Made by a program: the position numbers and the translations under genes. The notes beneath the pieces are model-generated. The model worked only from the letters and a program-made list of their open reading frames with translations. It was not told where the DNA came from and did not search any database. Positions 25,951-36,841 of a DNA stretch of 64,000 bases are shown in pieces (within the stretch, counting starts at the first letter, position 1; each line of letters opens with the position of its first letter). The stretch comes from Squalus acanthias. Its lineage: Eukaryota. Where the stretch lies: the NCBI GenBank assembly GCA_030390025.1, contig CM059432.1, forward strand, positions 30,754,001 to 30,818,000, given 5' to 3'.

Positions 25951-25968
25951 TGGTGACCGCGGCAGGAC
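25951..25968 (+). promoter_or_regulatory. Primer-binding site, tRNA-Arg(UCG)-like
   Basis: TGGTGACCGCGGCAGGAC matches 17/18 to the complement of the vertebrate tRNA-Arg(TCG) 3' end GTCCTGCCGCGGTCGCCA (recalled sequence); the mismatch is at a CpG. Confidence 0.75.
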
Positions 25969-26020
25969 TTGGCAAAAGGGTTGTGAAGCAGTAGACACTG
26001 ATTCGGAAGAGAGAACTGTA

Positions 26021-27724
26021 ATGGAAGAGAGGATTTCAGATTATGTATTCAGCAAAGTGAATATGGAAAAGAAATGGGTCACTAATCTATTAAAAACTGG
26101 GCGCCCGGTAGATGCAGCAGCTAAATGGACAGAAGGGAAGGATCATAAAAAAATCCTTAGAAAAGGCAGTCTGGCTGATGTGCTTCAAGAAACAGATCCA
26201 ACTTTTGGACAGACTCATTGAAGAACAGGCAGCCGAGATTCGGGAGTCAGCCCTGGAAGTCCAAACAAAGGCCCTAGCAGGGGAGAAGTTACTGTTAGCA
26301 TTGCAGGCGCTAAACCAGGAAAGGGTGCAGTTAGTGGGGGAACACAAGACCCGGCAGGAATATTTACAGTGCCAGGTCACTGAGGCCAAGAACAATGAGC
26401 TGAGGTTGCGGGAAAGAATGCCCGCCTGGCAAAACAAGCAAGAGAGCAGGAGGAGACAGTAAAAGGCTTACAGGCAGCCTATAAGGTAATGAGCGCACAG
26501 GGGTTTGAGGATGCAGACCATTGCCCCTGCCAGAAGCATATAGAGAATCTCAGCCTTGCTCTAAGGAACGCAAGAGGCGTGGCGTGCCTCATAAGCCCAA
26601 GTGCAGCCCAGGTTGACTTTACAGGGAACCTGGGGAGAACGGTTCAGACACCAAAGATAGCGCCAAGGGACGACCCGGTTGAGGAGCGGGAGGGCCCACG
26701 ACCACCACCCATAGCGCCAAGCTTTAGCACAGTCTGGCAAGTAGAAGGGGTGGAGTTAGGGGTAGAAGCTGAGGTGGAAAAAACCCCCGCAAGAGAGGCT
26801 GGGACCGGGGCCGATGTGCCCGGCCCGGCAGGAAAGGTTTGGCCCACCCTCCAAAGCCAGTTTGTGGCTCGCCACGGTACACAACAGCTTAGGGTTATGG
26901 TAAGCCACCTGAGTAAACTCACCCAACAAGGGGACCCCTCAGTTCACTTCATAGAGGTAGAACAGGCCGCAGGCATCAACGACTGTGACGATGCCGAGAT
27001 GGCAAAACTGCTCCTGTTCTCACTGGATAGCCGGCTATACCAGTCTCTCTCTGCTGAGAGCAAGAGAGGACAGAATGGATATGCAGCCATCAGAGAGGAA
27101 GTTTTAGAGGCCATGGGGATGAATGAGGGCAGTCCTTTCTCCCGGGTGGAGAAAACAGTGCAGCTCGCAGGAGAGACCCCACAGGCTTTTGCAGACAGGC
27201 TGTGGCCCGTGTACAGGGGTGCTTGTGGTGGGGATCTTAACAGGGCTCACCTAAACTGGGACGAGCTGGCCCACTGGCTCCGTAGCCTAGTGGCAAACAG
27301 CTTGCCTCGGATCAAAACCCAGGCTGAGCTTTGGTTTGACCCGAAAGACCCCCAGGTCACCGAGGAGGCAGTGGTCAGACAGCTGAACCTGGCCTACCGG
27401 AACGGGAGAGGGGTGGAAGAGCCCCCACAAAAAGGGAAAGTACATGAAATAAAACCCGGCCAGAGTAGGAAGGAGTGGCATCAGGAGGGGAATAACCCTT
27501 CCAGCACAAAGCTTAACTGTTATGGGTGTGGGAAGGATGGTCACTGGAGGAAGGAGTGTAAGAATCTTTGGAAGGATAACAAGGGAAAGAATTCCTCAGC
27601 CCCAGCCCAAAAGGCAGAGACAGGGATCCCTCCCGCCACGGTCGAGTCATTTTTGGATGCCATGAGGTCCCTATTGAGTGGCCCAGGGAAGGTAGCAGCA
27701 GCCCCATACAACCCAGACCTATGA
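26021..27724 (+). pseudogene. gag: Gag-like protein (~567 aa) with two compensating frameshifts (~26150 A-run, ~26416)
   Basis: N-terminal coiled coil; capsid-like Q..GETPQAFADRL (MHR-like) segment; zinc knuckle CYGCGKDGHWRKEC. Confidence 0.85.
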
Positions 27725-28808
27725 CTGGAACCAGCGCAGCCTGCCTACCTGTGTCCCCTTGAAAGACACGCACAGGAAGAGACCTCCCGTAAGGAGGCCA
27801 GGTTAAATGAGCAGGCCTTACTGGAGGAGAACGCCCGCTTAATGGGGAAAGTAGACGGGCTAGAGGGGCAGCTTAGAGACATAAAGGCAGCCTACAGGGC
27901 AGCCAGGAGCAGGGAGTATGAGGATTTAAACCATGGGCCCTGTGAGGAAAGGATAAAAGGTCTGACCCAAGCCCTATCCAAAGCCAGAGGGATGGTTTGC
28001 TCAACAACCCCGGGGGAATTCATCACCCCGCAGTTGCAAGCCATGGTAGCAGAGTTGATCAAACTAAAACAGGATAGAAATCCTCAGCCTGCAGCAGGAC
28101 CAAATTCACAGACTGCACAAGCAGGGGTGGTGGCCTGTCTTGAGGGAGGAGTCACCCAGGCCCCTGTTCAAACCACCCCCCCCTCTCTTCTGGGACTCAG
28201 GTGGGGAGGAGGAGGAGCCTGAACCAGATAGCCCCGCCCCCGACCCAGGTTTTGAACCTGGAGGCGAAAATCCTCAGCCTGCAGCAGGAGAAAATTCACA
28301 GACTGCACAAGCAGGGGCGGTGGCCTGTCTTAGGGGAGGGGCCACCCCACCCACCATTTGGGACATTCCCCCAATCCTCTGGGATTTAGAGGAGGAGGAG
28401 CCGGAACCAGATAGCCCCGCCCCCGACCCAGGTTTTGAACCAGCACCAGGCTGTGAAGAGTCACCTGACCCTGACACAGGTTTAGAAGAGGTACAGTCTG
28501 AGGATAGAAATCCCCAGCCAGTGGCAGTGGAAGATTCACAGACCACACAACAGGGGGCAGTGGCTCGTGTTAAAGACCCACCAGCCAGAAAACCCCCACC
28601 AGCCAGAGCCCCTAGAAGGTCCCCACGAACGCCACAGCCAAAGAAACCGTGGTCACCGGCTCCCCAATTTAAAAGGGCCGCCCCTCAAACCAGGGATCGA
28701 TCTGAGGACAGAGGTTCCCAGCCAGCAGCCATAGGCTGCAAGGGACCAAAGGTACAGGACAGGGCCACACCAAAGGGAGTAGTGTGCTGCAGCCCTAACA
28801 GGGTTTAG
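27725..28808 (+). other. In-frame post-gag ORF X: diverged gag-like module plus Pro/Glu-rich repeats (frameshift in C-run ~28180); occupies the pol position
   Basis: Open in the gag frame from 27725 to 28222; similar to gag 26380-26590; no protease, RT, RNase H or integrase motifs. Confidence 0.65.
28070..28575 (+). repeat. Imperfect tandem repeats (~190-240 bp units) in ORF X
   Basis: NPQPAAG.NSQTAQAG.VACL-type unit three times; EEEEPEPDSPAPDPGFEP twice. Confidence 0.85.
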
Positions 28809-29020
28809 TCTGGCCGCTCGGAGACGGGCGGCGAATGTACAAAGCTTTTGTTGTTAAATTTTGAGATTGTTAAGTTTGGGTATTTTTAGTTAAATTTTAA
28901 GTAAGGTGGTTGGTAGTTTTAAATGTTATAGTTTCAAGCGTGTTTTGTATTGAGTCGAGGTCGCAAGACCCGACTATGCTTCACCCAAGCCAGAGAATCT
29001 ACTCGGGACCTGGCTATATG

Positions 29021-29039
29021 CTCTTGTGTCTCCTTACAG
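29021..29039 (+). promoter_or_regulatory. Candidate env splice acceptor
   Basis: ctcttgtgtctccttacAG ending 15 nt upstream of ATG 29054. Confidence 0.6.
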
Positions 29040-29053
29040 AAGGGATTGTCGAT

Positions 29054-32000
29054 ATGAAGGGGGGCATTCTCCTACTCGCTCTGATAGGAATGCGCGCTGG
29101 GAGGCGAGGTGACGTGGAGGACTCCCACATTTTTGGGTGCTCAGGAGAGAGAGCACCGGTGGTGACTGCGGATGGCAGCAAGCGAGGCGTGAAGGAGCTC
29201 GCTACCTATTCCCACGTGGGAAGATGGCCAGGGTGGCTGGGATCTAACTCCACCCGATACTCCAGTCAGACCGGGCTCACCTACGGGGAGGCCTCCCTCC
29301 CCTGTCCCAGCATACAGGTTGTAGCCACTCGGGTCGGGGTCACTGAGGGGAAACACGTGTGCCTGACTTGCAGAGGAAAGATTCCCCTGGGAAGGTGGTG
29401 GTGGCTCAGGAAGCTGAGCAGAGACATGGGGGACCATACAGCTGACTGGGAGCGACTGGGGAATGACACCCATCGGACCATTACAGGGGACCATAGGGCG
29501 GTGAGCGTGTGCTGGGACAAGTGGTGGAAATCGGAACAGGGGATTTATGTCTGCATGTGGGGGTTGCGGAAGGCCTGCCCCACGGGCATATCCATTATCT
29601 TTTCCGCAGCATGGCTGCATAAGGGGAAGGGGGTGGAATGGGATTCCCACCTACACACTTGCATAGTCCTGCCCTCTCCAGCCCCAGTCAAGGCCACTGA
29701 ACTCGTGGCACATGCCCGTAAGTCCCTGCCCACGACCCAGACAGCAAGGACACACACAGAGACATGCCCTACCACCACCAAGGGACCAGGGAATAAGAAC
29801 ATAAGAACATAAGAAATAGGAGCAGGAGTAGGCCAATCGGCCCTTCGAGCCTGCTCCGCCATTCAATAAGATCATGGCTGATCTGATCCTCACCTCAAAT
29901 CTAAAGAACACAAGAAGTAGGAGCAGGACCCGGCCACTCAGCCCCTGGGCCCGCTACGCCACCCACAGGGCCTCGACCGATCCGAACTCAGCCTCATGTC
30001 CAATTTCCTGCCCGCTCCCCGTAACCCCTAATTCCCTTTACTTCTAGGAAACTGTCTATTTCTGTTTTAAATTTATTTAATGATGTAGCTTCCACAGCTT
30101 CCTGGGGCAGCAAATTCCAAAGACCTACTACCCTCTGAGTGAAGAAGTTTCTCCTCATCTCAGTTTTGAAAGAGCAGCCCCTTATTCTAAGATTATGCCC
30201 CCTAGTTCTAGTTTCACTCATCCTTGGGAACATCCTTACCGCATCCACCCGATCAAGCCCCTTCACAATCTTATATGTTTCAATAAGATCACCTCTCATT
30301 CTTCTGAACTCCAATGAGTAGAGTCCCAATCTACTCAACCTCTCCTCGTATGTCCACCCCCTCATCCCGGGGATTAACCGAGTGAACCTTCTTTGTACTG
30401 CCTCGAGAGCAAGTATGTCTTTTCTTAAGTATGGACACCAAAACTGTATGCAGTATTCCACATGCGGTCTCACCAATACCTTATATAACTGCAGCAATAC
30501 CTCCCTGTTTTTATAATCTATCCCCCTAGCAATAAAAGCCAACATTCCGTTGGCCTTCTTGATCACCTGCTGCACCTGCATACTAACTTTTTGATTTTCT
30601 TGCACTAGGACCCCCAGATCCCTTTGTACTGCAGTACTTTCCAGTTTCTCGCCATTAAGATAATAACTTGCTCTCTGATTTTTCCTGCCAAAGTGCATAA
30701 CCTCACATTTTCCAATATTGTATTGCATCTGCCAAATCTCTGCCCACTCACCCAGCTTGTCTATATCCCCTTGTAGGTTTTTTATGTCCTCCTCACTTTC
30801 TACTTTCCCTCCCATCTTTGTATCATCTGCAAACTTTGATATGTTACACTCGGTCCCCTCCTCCAAATCGTTAATATAGATTGTAAAGAGTTGGGGACCC
30901 AGCACCGACCCCTGCGGAACACCACTGGCTACTGGTTGCCAGTCCGAGAATGAACCATTTATCCCAACTCTCTGCTTCCTGTTAGATAACCAATCCTCCA
31001 CCCATGCCAGAATATTCCCCCCAATCCAGTGATTTTTTATCTTGAGCAATAATCTTTTATGTGGCACCTTGTCGAATGCCTTCTGGAAGTCTAAATACAC
31101 TACGTCCATTGGTTCCCCTTTATCCACCCTGTACGTTATGTCCTCAAAGAACTCAAGCAAATTTGTCAGACATGATTTCCCCTTCATAAAGCCATGGTAC
31201 TAGTGCCAACCGAAAAGGTGCTATACCAGGGGGTACACTACGTGGTAGCTTCCGTGATCCTAAACCTCACGGAGGTAAACTTACCTGAGTGGTGCCCCAA
31301 AGAGACGGAACAGCTATACCAGGCCCTGTTCAGAGAAATGTTCAGGAAGTTCTACGAGTTCGATTTCACAAACGTAGACAAAGCAGAACTGTGCACTGCA
31401 CACACTGAGTATTTTAACAATACGGGGAGACAAAGGAGGGGAGCCTGGAATTATATTTTTACAGCATAAAATACAGGGTCCTCTGTCATCAACAGTCTGG
31501 ATGACATAGAATTGCAGACACAAATAAACGGTTTAAAAACACAATTGCGCAAAATCTTAATGGATGAAAATACAGTAGTGGGCTCAGAGTTACACGAGGA
31601 CCAAGCTATGACAGTCCATTTAAAAGAAATCATTGCTGAGCTGGAAAGGCACGCAAAGACAGTAAATGCACTCATACGGGAGGACAGGAATGCATCAGAC
31701 CAGGCTGCACAGAACGAGGTGTGCATACTGTACGGGGCATGGTTGCTAGGCGAGGGCCAGAGTAACCTGAAGGATTTAAAGCAAGGTTTAGTCCCCTCCT
31801 GGATCAGCAACAAGCACCTCGCAGCCCTCCACCCATTTGAGAATTCACTAAGCCCGTGTCAGCTCCGTCTAGCCTCTGAAGCCTACCCTGTACCAGTAGA
31901 TTGTGGGTGTTCCAATCACAGTATCATGGGGATAGTGGTGAGGATGCCGGTCACGGGTGGGACCGCCCGACCCGCACTGGTATACAGGGTGGAGAACATT

Positions 32001-32267
32001 GGAGTCATTCAAGGGGGTGCACACATCCGTTTCACAGCAGTCCCACCTTATGTCATGAAGTGGGAGCACGCTATGACAGGTACTGACCTCTCCGGGTGCC
32101 GGAGCCGGGGTTCACACATAATACTGTGTCCCCAGCACTTGAACGCCTATTCTAAACCACAGTGTGGGTTTAAAGCTGCGGGCGCATGACCTATAAACTG
32201 TACCATGGATGTAATGGCACAAGACCATGTTTCCCCATTTAAAGGGGAGTGTATGTTTGGGTTTTAG
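29054..32267 (+). pseudogene. env: Env-like gene: signal peptide, Ig-like domain, Thr-rich linker, F-like fusion ectodomain; split by CR1 (29793-31194), stops at 31467 and 32187, no TM
   Basis: MKGGILLLALIG leader; EGKHVCLTC..W.W..EQGIYVC; RQRR at 31428-31439 followed by GAWNYIFTA; heptad region; GIVVRMP and DLSGC....HIILCP Cys pattern. Confidence 0.8.
29793..31194 (-). mobile_element. Young 5'-truncated CR1 LINE inserted in env
   Basis: Uninterrupted 397-aa RT C-terminal ORF (29994-31187), KFADD, (ataagaac)n tail. Confidence 0.95.
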
Positions 32268-32350
32268 TTTAGGTATTACAGGGGAAGGTTGGTTTTCGGG
32301 GATCAGGAATTTTGTCCACCCAGGACGATATTGTAGTGAACTGGAAGTAT

Positions 32351-32362
32351 CGCAGGAGGGAC
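32351..32362 (+). promoter_or_regulatory. Polypurine tract
   Basis: cgcAGGAGGGAc directly before the 3' LTR. Confidence 0.6.
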
Positions 32363-33349
32363 TGTAAAGTTTCCAAAATTTGCAGATCCCCAAAAATCTA
32401 AGGGAAAAAAATAAGGACTTTGGAACTTTAAAGGAACATGTCTGGACATGTACAGTACGTGGATCTACCTCTGTGAATAGTAGGCTTGAGGATTGCATTG
32501 TCTGGGAATTCAAAGCCCAGCAAACATTAACATTTGGACAATAGGCCCTGGGAGAAGGCCGCCCCACCCAAAACACAGAACCCATAGGAATGCTAGGCCC
32601 AGCAAGGAACCCAAAACATGAGAACAATGCAAATTTCCATAAAACAACAGCTCAACAGGACGCAAGCCATTTGATTCAGTAAAAGCCGTTACTGTAACGA
32701 GGTTTGTCAATTGAACAGGATTTGATTTTGTTTAGCATAGTTGAAGGCCCATCAAAATTTAACAAGAGAATGAATAGGCCTCATGTGAAACATACTCACT
32801 TCATTACGAAACCAGTTTTCGTGAGGAGTTTTGGGGGGGGGGCGAAAAGGACTATAATTGCAGCATGACCCAAGACTTCTTTCTCTTTTGACTCGCCGAC
32901 AACGCTGGCACAACTCTCCCTCTCAGCTCTGCCCAGAAGCTGCATGGTAAAGGAAGACATTCGATGTCCAGAATCACCATCAACTTACCTGACTGGATTT
33001 CGTACTGTTAATACCCCTGTTTGGTGAGCATTATCGCTGATCTCCTGAAACTGAAACCTAGCTAGAAAGTGGGATTTTTGGGAGGGATAAAGGTTTTTCT
33101 TGTATACTGTCATTCTCCCTCGCCTGTAACCGTATGTTCCCCAAACCTGTTTAAGTGTGAAGTGTGTTTAAGTTTGTTACCTTTTATTTTTAATAAAAGT
33201 TATAATTCTTTCATCGGAACCTGTTGTCTACTGCATCTTTATTCACAACCCCTAAATAAGTCCAAGTTTTGAACCTGGGGCGTGGGAGCGATTGGAACCG
33301 CTCACTGAGTCAGGGGAAAGGCTGACCCCTACCACCACCACCCCCTACA
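32363..33349 (+). repeat. 3' LTR
   Basis: Direct repeat of 24959-25946. Confidence 0.95.
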
Positions 33350-35370
33350 AGCCAGATTTCTAGCCCGCTGTGCCTTTCCAACATTTCCGGTTTTGATTTG
33401 AAGTTGCATGAGCTGTTCTGTATGCACTCTGTATTCTGCATCTCATTATCCAATTGTCTCGTAATTAACTGCAGCTGAAACTACAAAATGGCGCCAACTG
33501 GAGCTCGTTATACTGTTTGGTTTCCTTGCAATGTTTCCTTGGAAGCTGCCAAAACAGAACAAAAAAAATTACAGAGTATTTTAGAAATCTTTTGACCGAT
33601 TATTTAATAAATTTTTGCATTGCAAGTTTTTTTCGGAAAAATTGGGTGTAATGTGACCCCTGGCACAACACAGGATAGCTACCTCATGTTGTACCTATTA
33701 CAGAAATTGCTTGGATACTGCCTGAATCAATCACTACGCTCGTATTCCACTGTATTCACTGCAATTGACAACATCAAGAGGAATCAGATGATCATAGCAA
33801 GAGCAGCACTAGCAATGGACAAGTTATTGTGGCCAACAGGACCAAACTGTGGAAATAAGTAGATTGCGTAAAGACAGAAAATTGGTCTCTGCCCCATTTT
33901 TAGAGTGTGCATTAACACGCTCATGCTAAACCCCAATCTGCTTTATTCAATAAAGTATTATACAATAGCATACAAGTAGCATAGAATGAAGTGAATAGAA
34001 TTAGCACAGGGAGGCTGAGAAAGGGATTTGGGACTGGCATAGACTTGTCACTTGCAATGTTGAGAAAACGTAGAGCAACGTAACCAGAACAGTGGAGTAT
34101 CAGGTGCTGAACTTCCACAGGGTTTCTCCCAAACGACTGCCCTAGCTTTGGCGGAGGTCTGCAGAAACATCGGTGAAAAGGCTTAAACGCCCTTTACGCC
34201 ATTGCTCCCGGGTTTCTGCCAATCTTCTGCTGAAGTTATGGTGGATGAGCGGGAGAACCCTAATGTAAATTCAGCCCCTAAGTCTGCAATGGCTATGCTG
34301 TCAGTTTATAATGTGCTGGGCAGACCTCATTTGGAGAGGTGTGTACAGTTCTGATCGGGAGCATGTAAAGAGGAGAGCTGTAAGGAAAGATTAGAGAGGC
34401 TTAAACTCAACAGACCAGCAAGAAGTTGGTTATGAGGGGACCTTACTGAGGGATATGAAAATATTAAATTGGGCAGGTCAGGTGAACACAATAGAAGCAT
34501 GAGAAAAACAGACATCGAGCCAAAGAGGAATAGATTAGGGAGTGGGATGGTGTTGGTGCCGAGGATACAGGGTTTGTGCCAAAGGCCACTATGGCTGCAA
34601 TTTTACTTACCTCGGCGGGACGACATAAATGGCGGGTCCCGACCCCGCCGCTGTCTCCATCCCAGACTCTGAAATGACTTTCCCCTGATTGGGCTTGTTA
34701 AGCCCGCCCAGCGCATTTCCCAGCCAATTAGAGGAAGTGGGTCTGGTGACGTCTTTTGATGACGCGTCATCAGCCGGTTTCCTTAAAGGGACCATGGCCA
34801 ACTTTATTCTGGCATTTGTGCTGTCAGTGTTCTACAGCATTGAGGTGCTGCAAACACTGACAATCACTGCACAGAGGTGCAGGGTTGCACCCAGGTTCTC
34901 CCATGACTCCCTCCATATGCTTATGGAGGGAGCCACAGCACGCAGGAAGGTCCTCTTCCCTTTCCATGGGCGGAAGAGACCTCCCCAGGACACCAACACA
35001 GCCTGGTTGCACATTGCAGAGGAGATCACAAGCAGGGATGTGGTCAGGAGGACCTGGGTGCAGTGCCGCAAATGTTTCAATGATCTCAGTAGATCACGAA
35101 ACATAAGTACAAAGCCACACTCAACCTCATCCTGCTGTGCCTCTCATCACATCCCCATCACGCTGCCTTCCCTACCCTACTCCTGCACATCCTTACTCAC
35201 ACCAACTTTTCGTTCACCCCCACCCACCCATCTCTCTCTATCTACATTATCACATCCCCATCTCACTAGCCACCGCTCACACTCACCCTCATCCTCGTGC
35301 AATCATACCAACTAACAACACATGAGGGTAGGCACTTGGGTGTTTTATGCAATGTTCATGTAAAGTTTTT

Positions 35371-36126
35371 GGGGGAGAAATTCATTATAGCTCCATTTGG
35401 GGCTCTAAATTTTAAAAGTTTGGAAAATTAGCTCCAGGCGCCAATGTTTCTAAACTTTAAAAAAATTCGGTTTTGCGCTCCAAGAAGTAAGTGGAGCGCT
35501 AAATCAAGCGTTCCACTTCCTTCTTGGAGCGCAATCGGCAGCAGGTGGGGCGGAGATTTCAGCAGCTCTGCACACTGGGCCGTGCAGCGCTGTCACGTTC
35601 AAAGGCTTCTTCCCGCCCTTAAAGGGAAGGGCCATCACTGCAGGCTCTGCAATTTAAAAAGTACCTACCTGGACCACCAAGGTAGTCGCGATCCCGCACG
35701 ATCAGCCCGGCACTCAAACAGAGTGCCGGGCTGATCAATCGCGGGCAGGAGCCCGCGAAAAAAAGTGGAAGAAGAAAGGTAAATTTTTTTCCAATTACCT
35801 CGGCCACCTCGTCTTTAATCATCACCCCCAAAGTGGCCAGCCGCCCGATGCACGCCTCCTGCAGCTGGCGGTGTTTTCAACTGGCGCTGCTGCAGGGGGT
35901 GGAAGTCAATTTCGGGTCCTGGGTGCTACCGGGGAGATGCGCACGGTGATGACGTCACGATCACTGGGCGAAGGAGATCGGGGCGCAACACCATAGCGCC
36001 GCCAGAAAACTACCGCCAAATGATATGGCGGGAGTTGATGTCAGCGCCGCGCCCGGTTGCAAAGCCATTTGTGCCCCATTAGCGCCCACGTTAATGGGAG
36101 GAGCAAAGGTACCCAGTTTCGCCCTC
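35371..36126. mobile_element. Harbinger-type MITE
   Basis: GGGGGAGAAATT left end, GCGCC-rich subterminal arrays, similar to 41062-41785. Confidence 0.65.
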
Positions 36127-36173
36127 TCTGTTAATGTGGTGTCAATCATTGAAACCTTTATTTTCAACACTTT

Positions 36174-36841
36174 GGGCTGGATTTTCATTGACCCGTGGAG
36201 GTGGGTTTGGAGGCGTGTGGGGGGTTAAAATTGCGAAAACTGGCGGGCGGGCACAAGCCCACCTCCATCCCGCCTCCACGCAATTTTAATTAAATCGTGT
36301 CTGCTGGTCCCGACTCCGTCCCACCTCTAAGAGGTGGGATAGGCTGTTAAGGCCCTTAACAAGCACTAAATTGCCTCTATAATGCCATTTTGAAAGGCCT
36401 TTGTGATTTTAACCCTTTTTCTACATGAAGCATGCCTCTGGCTGCTGGCTGGCTGCTGGATGGATGTGGGGATGCATATATGGATGGCTATGTGGATGGA
36501 TGCATATATGGATGGATGGGGAGGAGACATATCTGGGAGTGGTGGTGTAAAAATATCTGGGAGCAGACTTAGGGCTGCTGCTGCTCATTTTGCATCCAGG
36601 TCCTCTCACAGCAAAGGCCAGGCAGTCTTTGCAGACCTTCAATGCAGCAGCAATGATGACATCTTCAGAGGCGACTTTCAGACTGAAAACACTAATTGGT
36701 TCATGGGTTCCCACATGCTGGAACTCAATTGCCCAATTAGGTGAAAATTGCATCAATCTCCCACATCCAATTGCAGTCGGGTGGATAACACGAAAAGTGG
36801 ATGACACGACCCCAACCCGTCCCAGTATCAAAATCCAGCCC
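36174..36841. mobile_element. Harbinger-type MITE
   Basis: Perfect TIR GGGCTGGATTTT / AAAATCCAGCCC, TTT duplication. Confidence 0.8.

Larger units (their letters stand above)
24959..33349 (+). mobile_element. Endogenous retrovirus-like provirus (LTR-gag-X-env-LTR, no pol), lokiretrovirus-like env
   Basis: Two ~988-bp TG..CA LTRs, AGCC TSD (24955-24958 / 33350-33353), PBS, PPT, CCHC gag, furin-cleaved class I fusion-like ORF. Confidence 0.92.
19249..33366. mobile_element. Older degenerate Harbinger (copy C) hosting a second Harbinger derivative, a Penelope and the provirus
   Basis: Myb remnants from ~19555 (QAPRFSNAALEALV; TWTQCRKKFNDL), exon-3 remnants to 23930, transposase remnants 24100-24805; GCT duplication; the interrupted Penelope end resumes at 33367. 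Confidence 0.75.

Noticed and set aside
28070..28575. Repeats as a CRISPR-like array
   Set aside because: Long imperfect coding repeats without unique spacers, in eukaryotic DNA
29054..29792. Ig-like segment as a host Ig/TCR/IgNAR V gene
   Set aside because: Lies between paired LTRs, has no leader intron or recombination signal sequence, and is in frame with the fusion-like ORF
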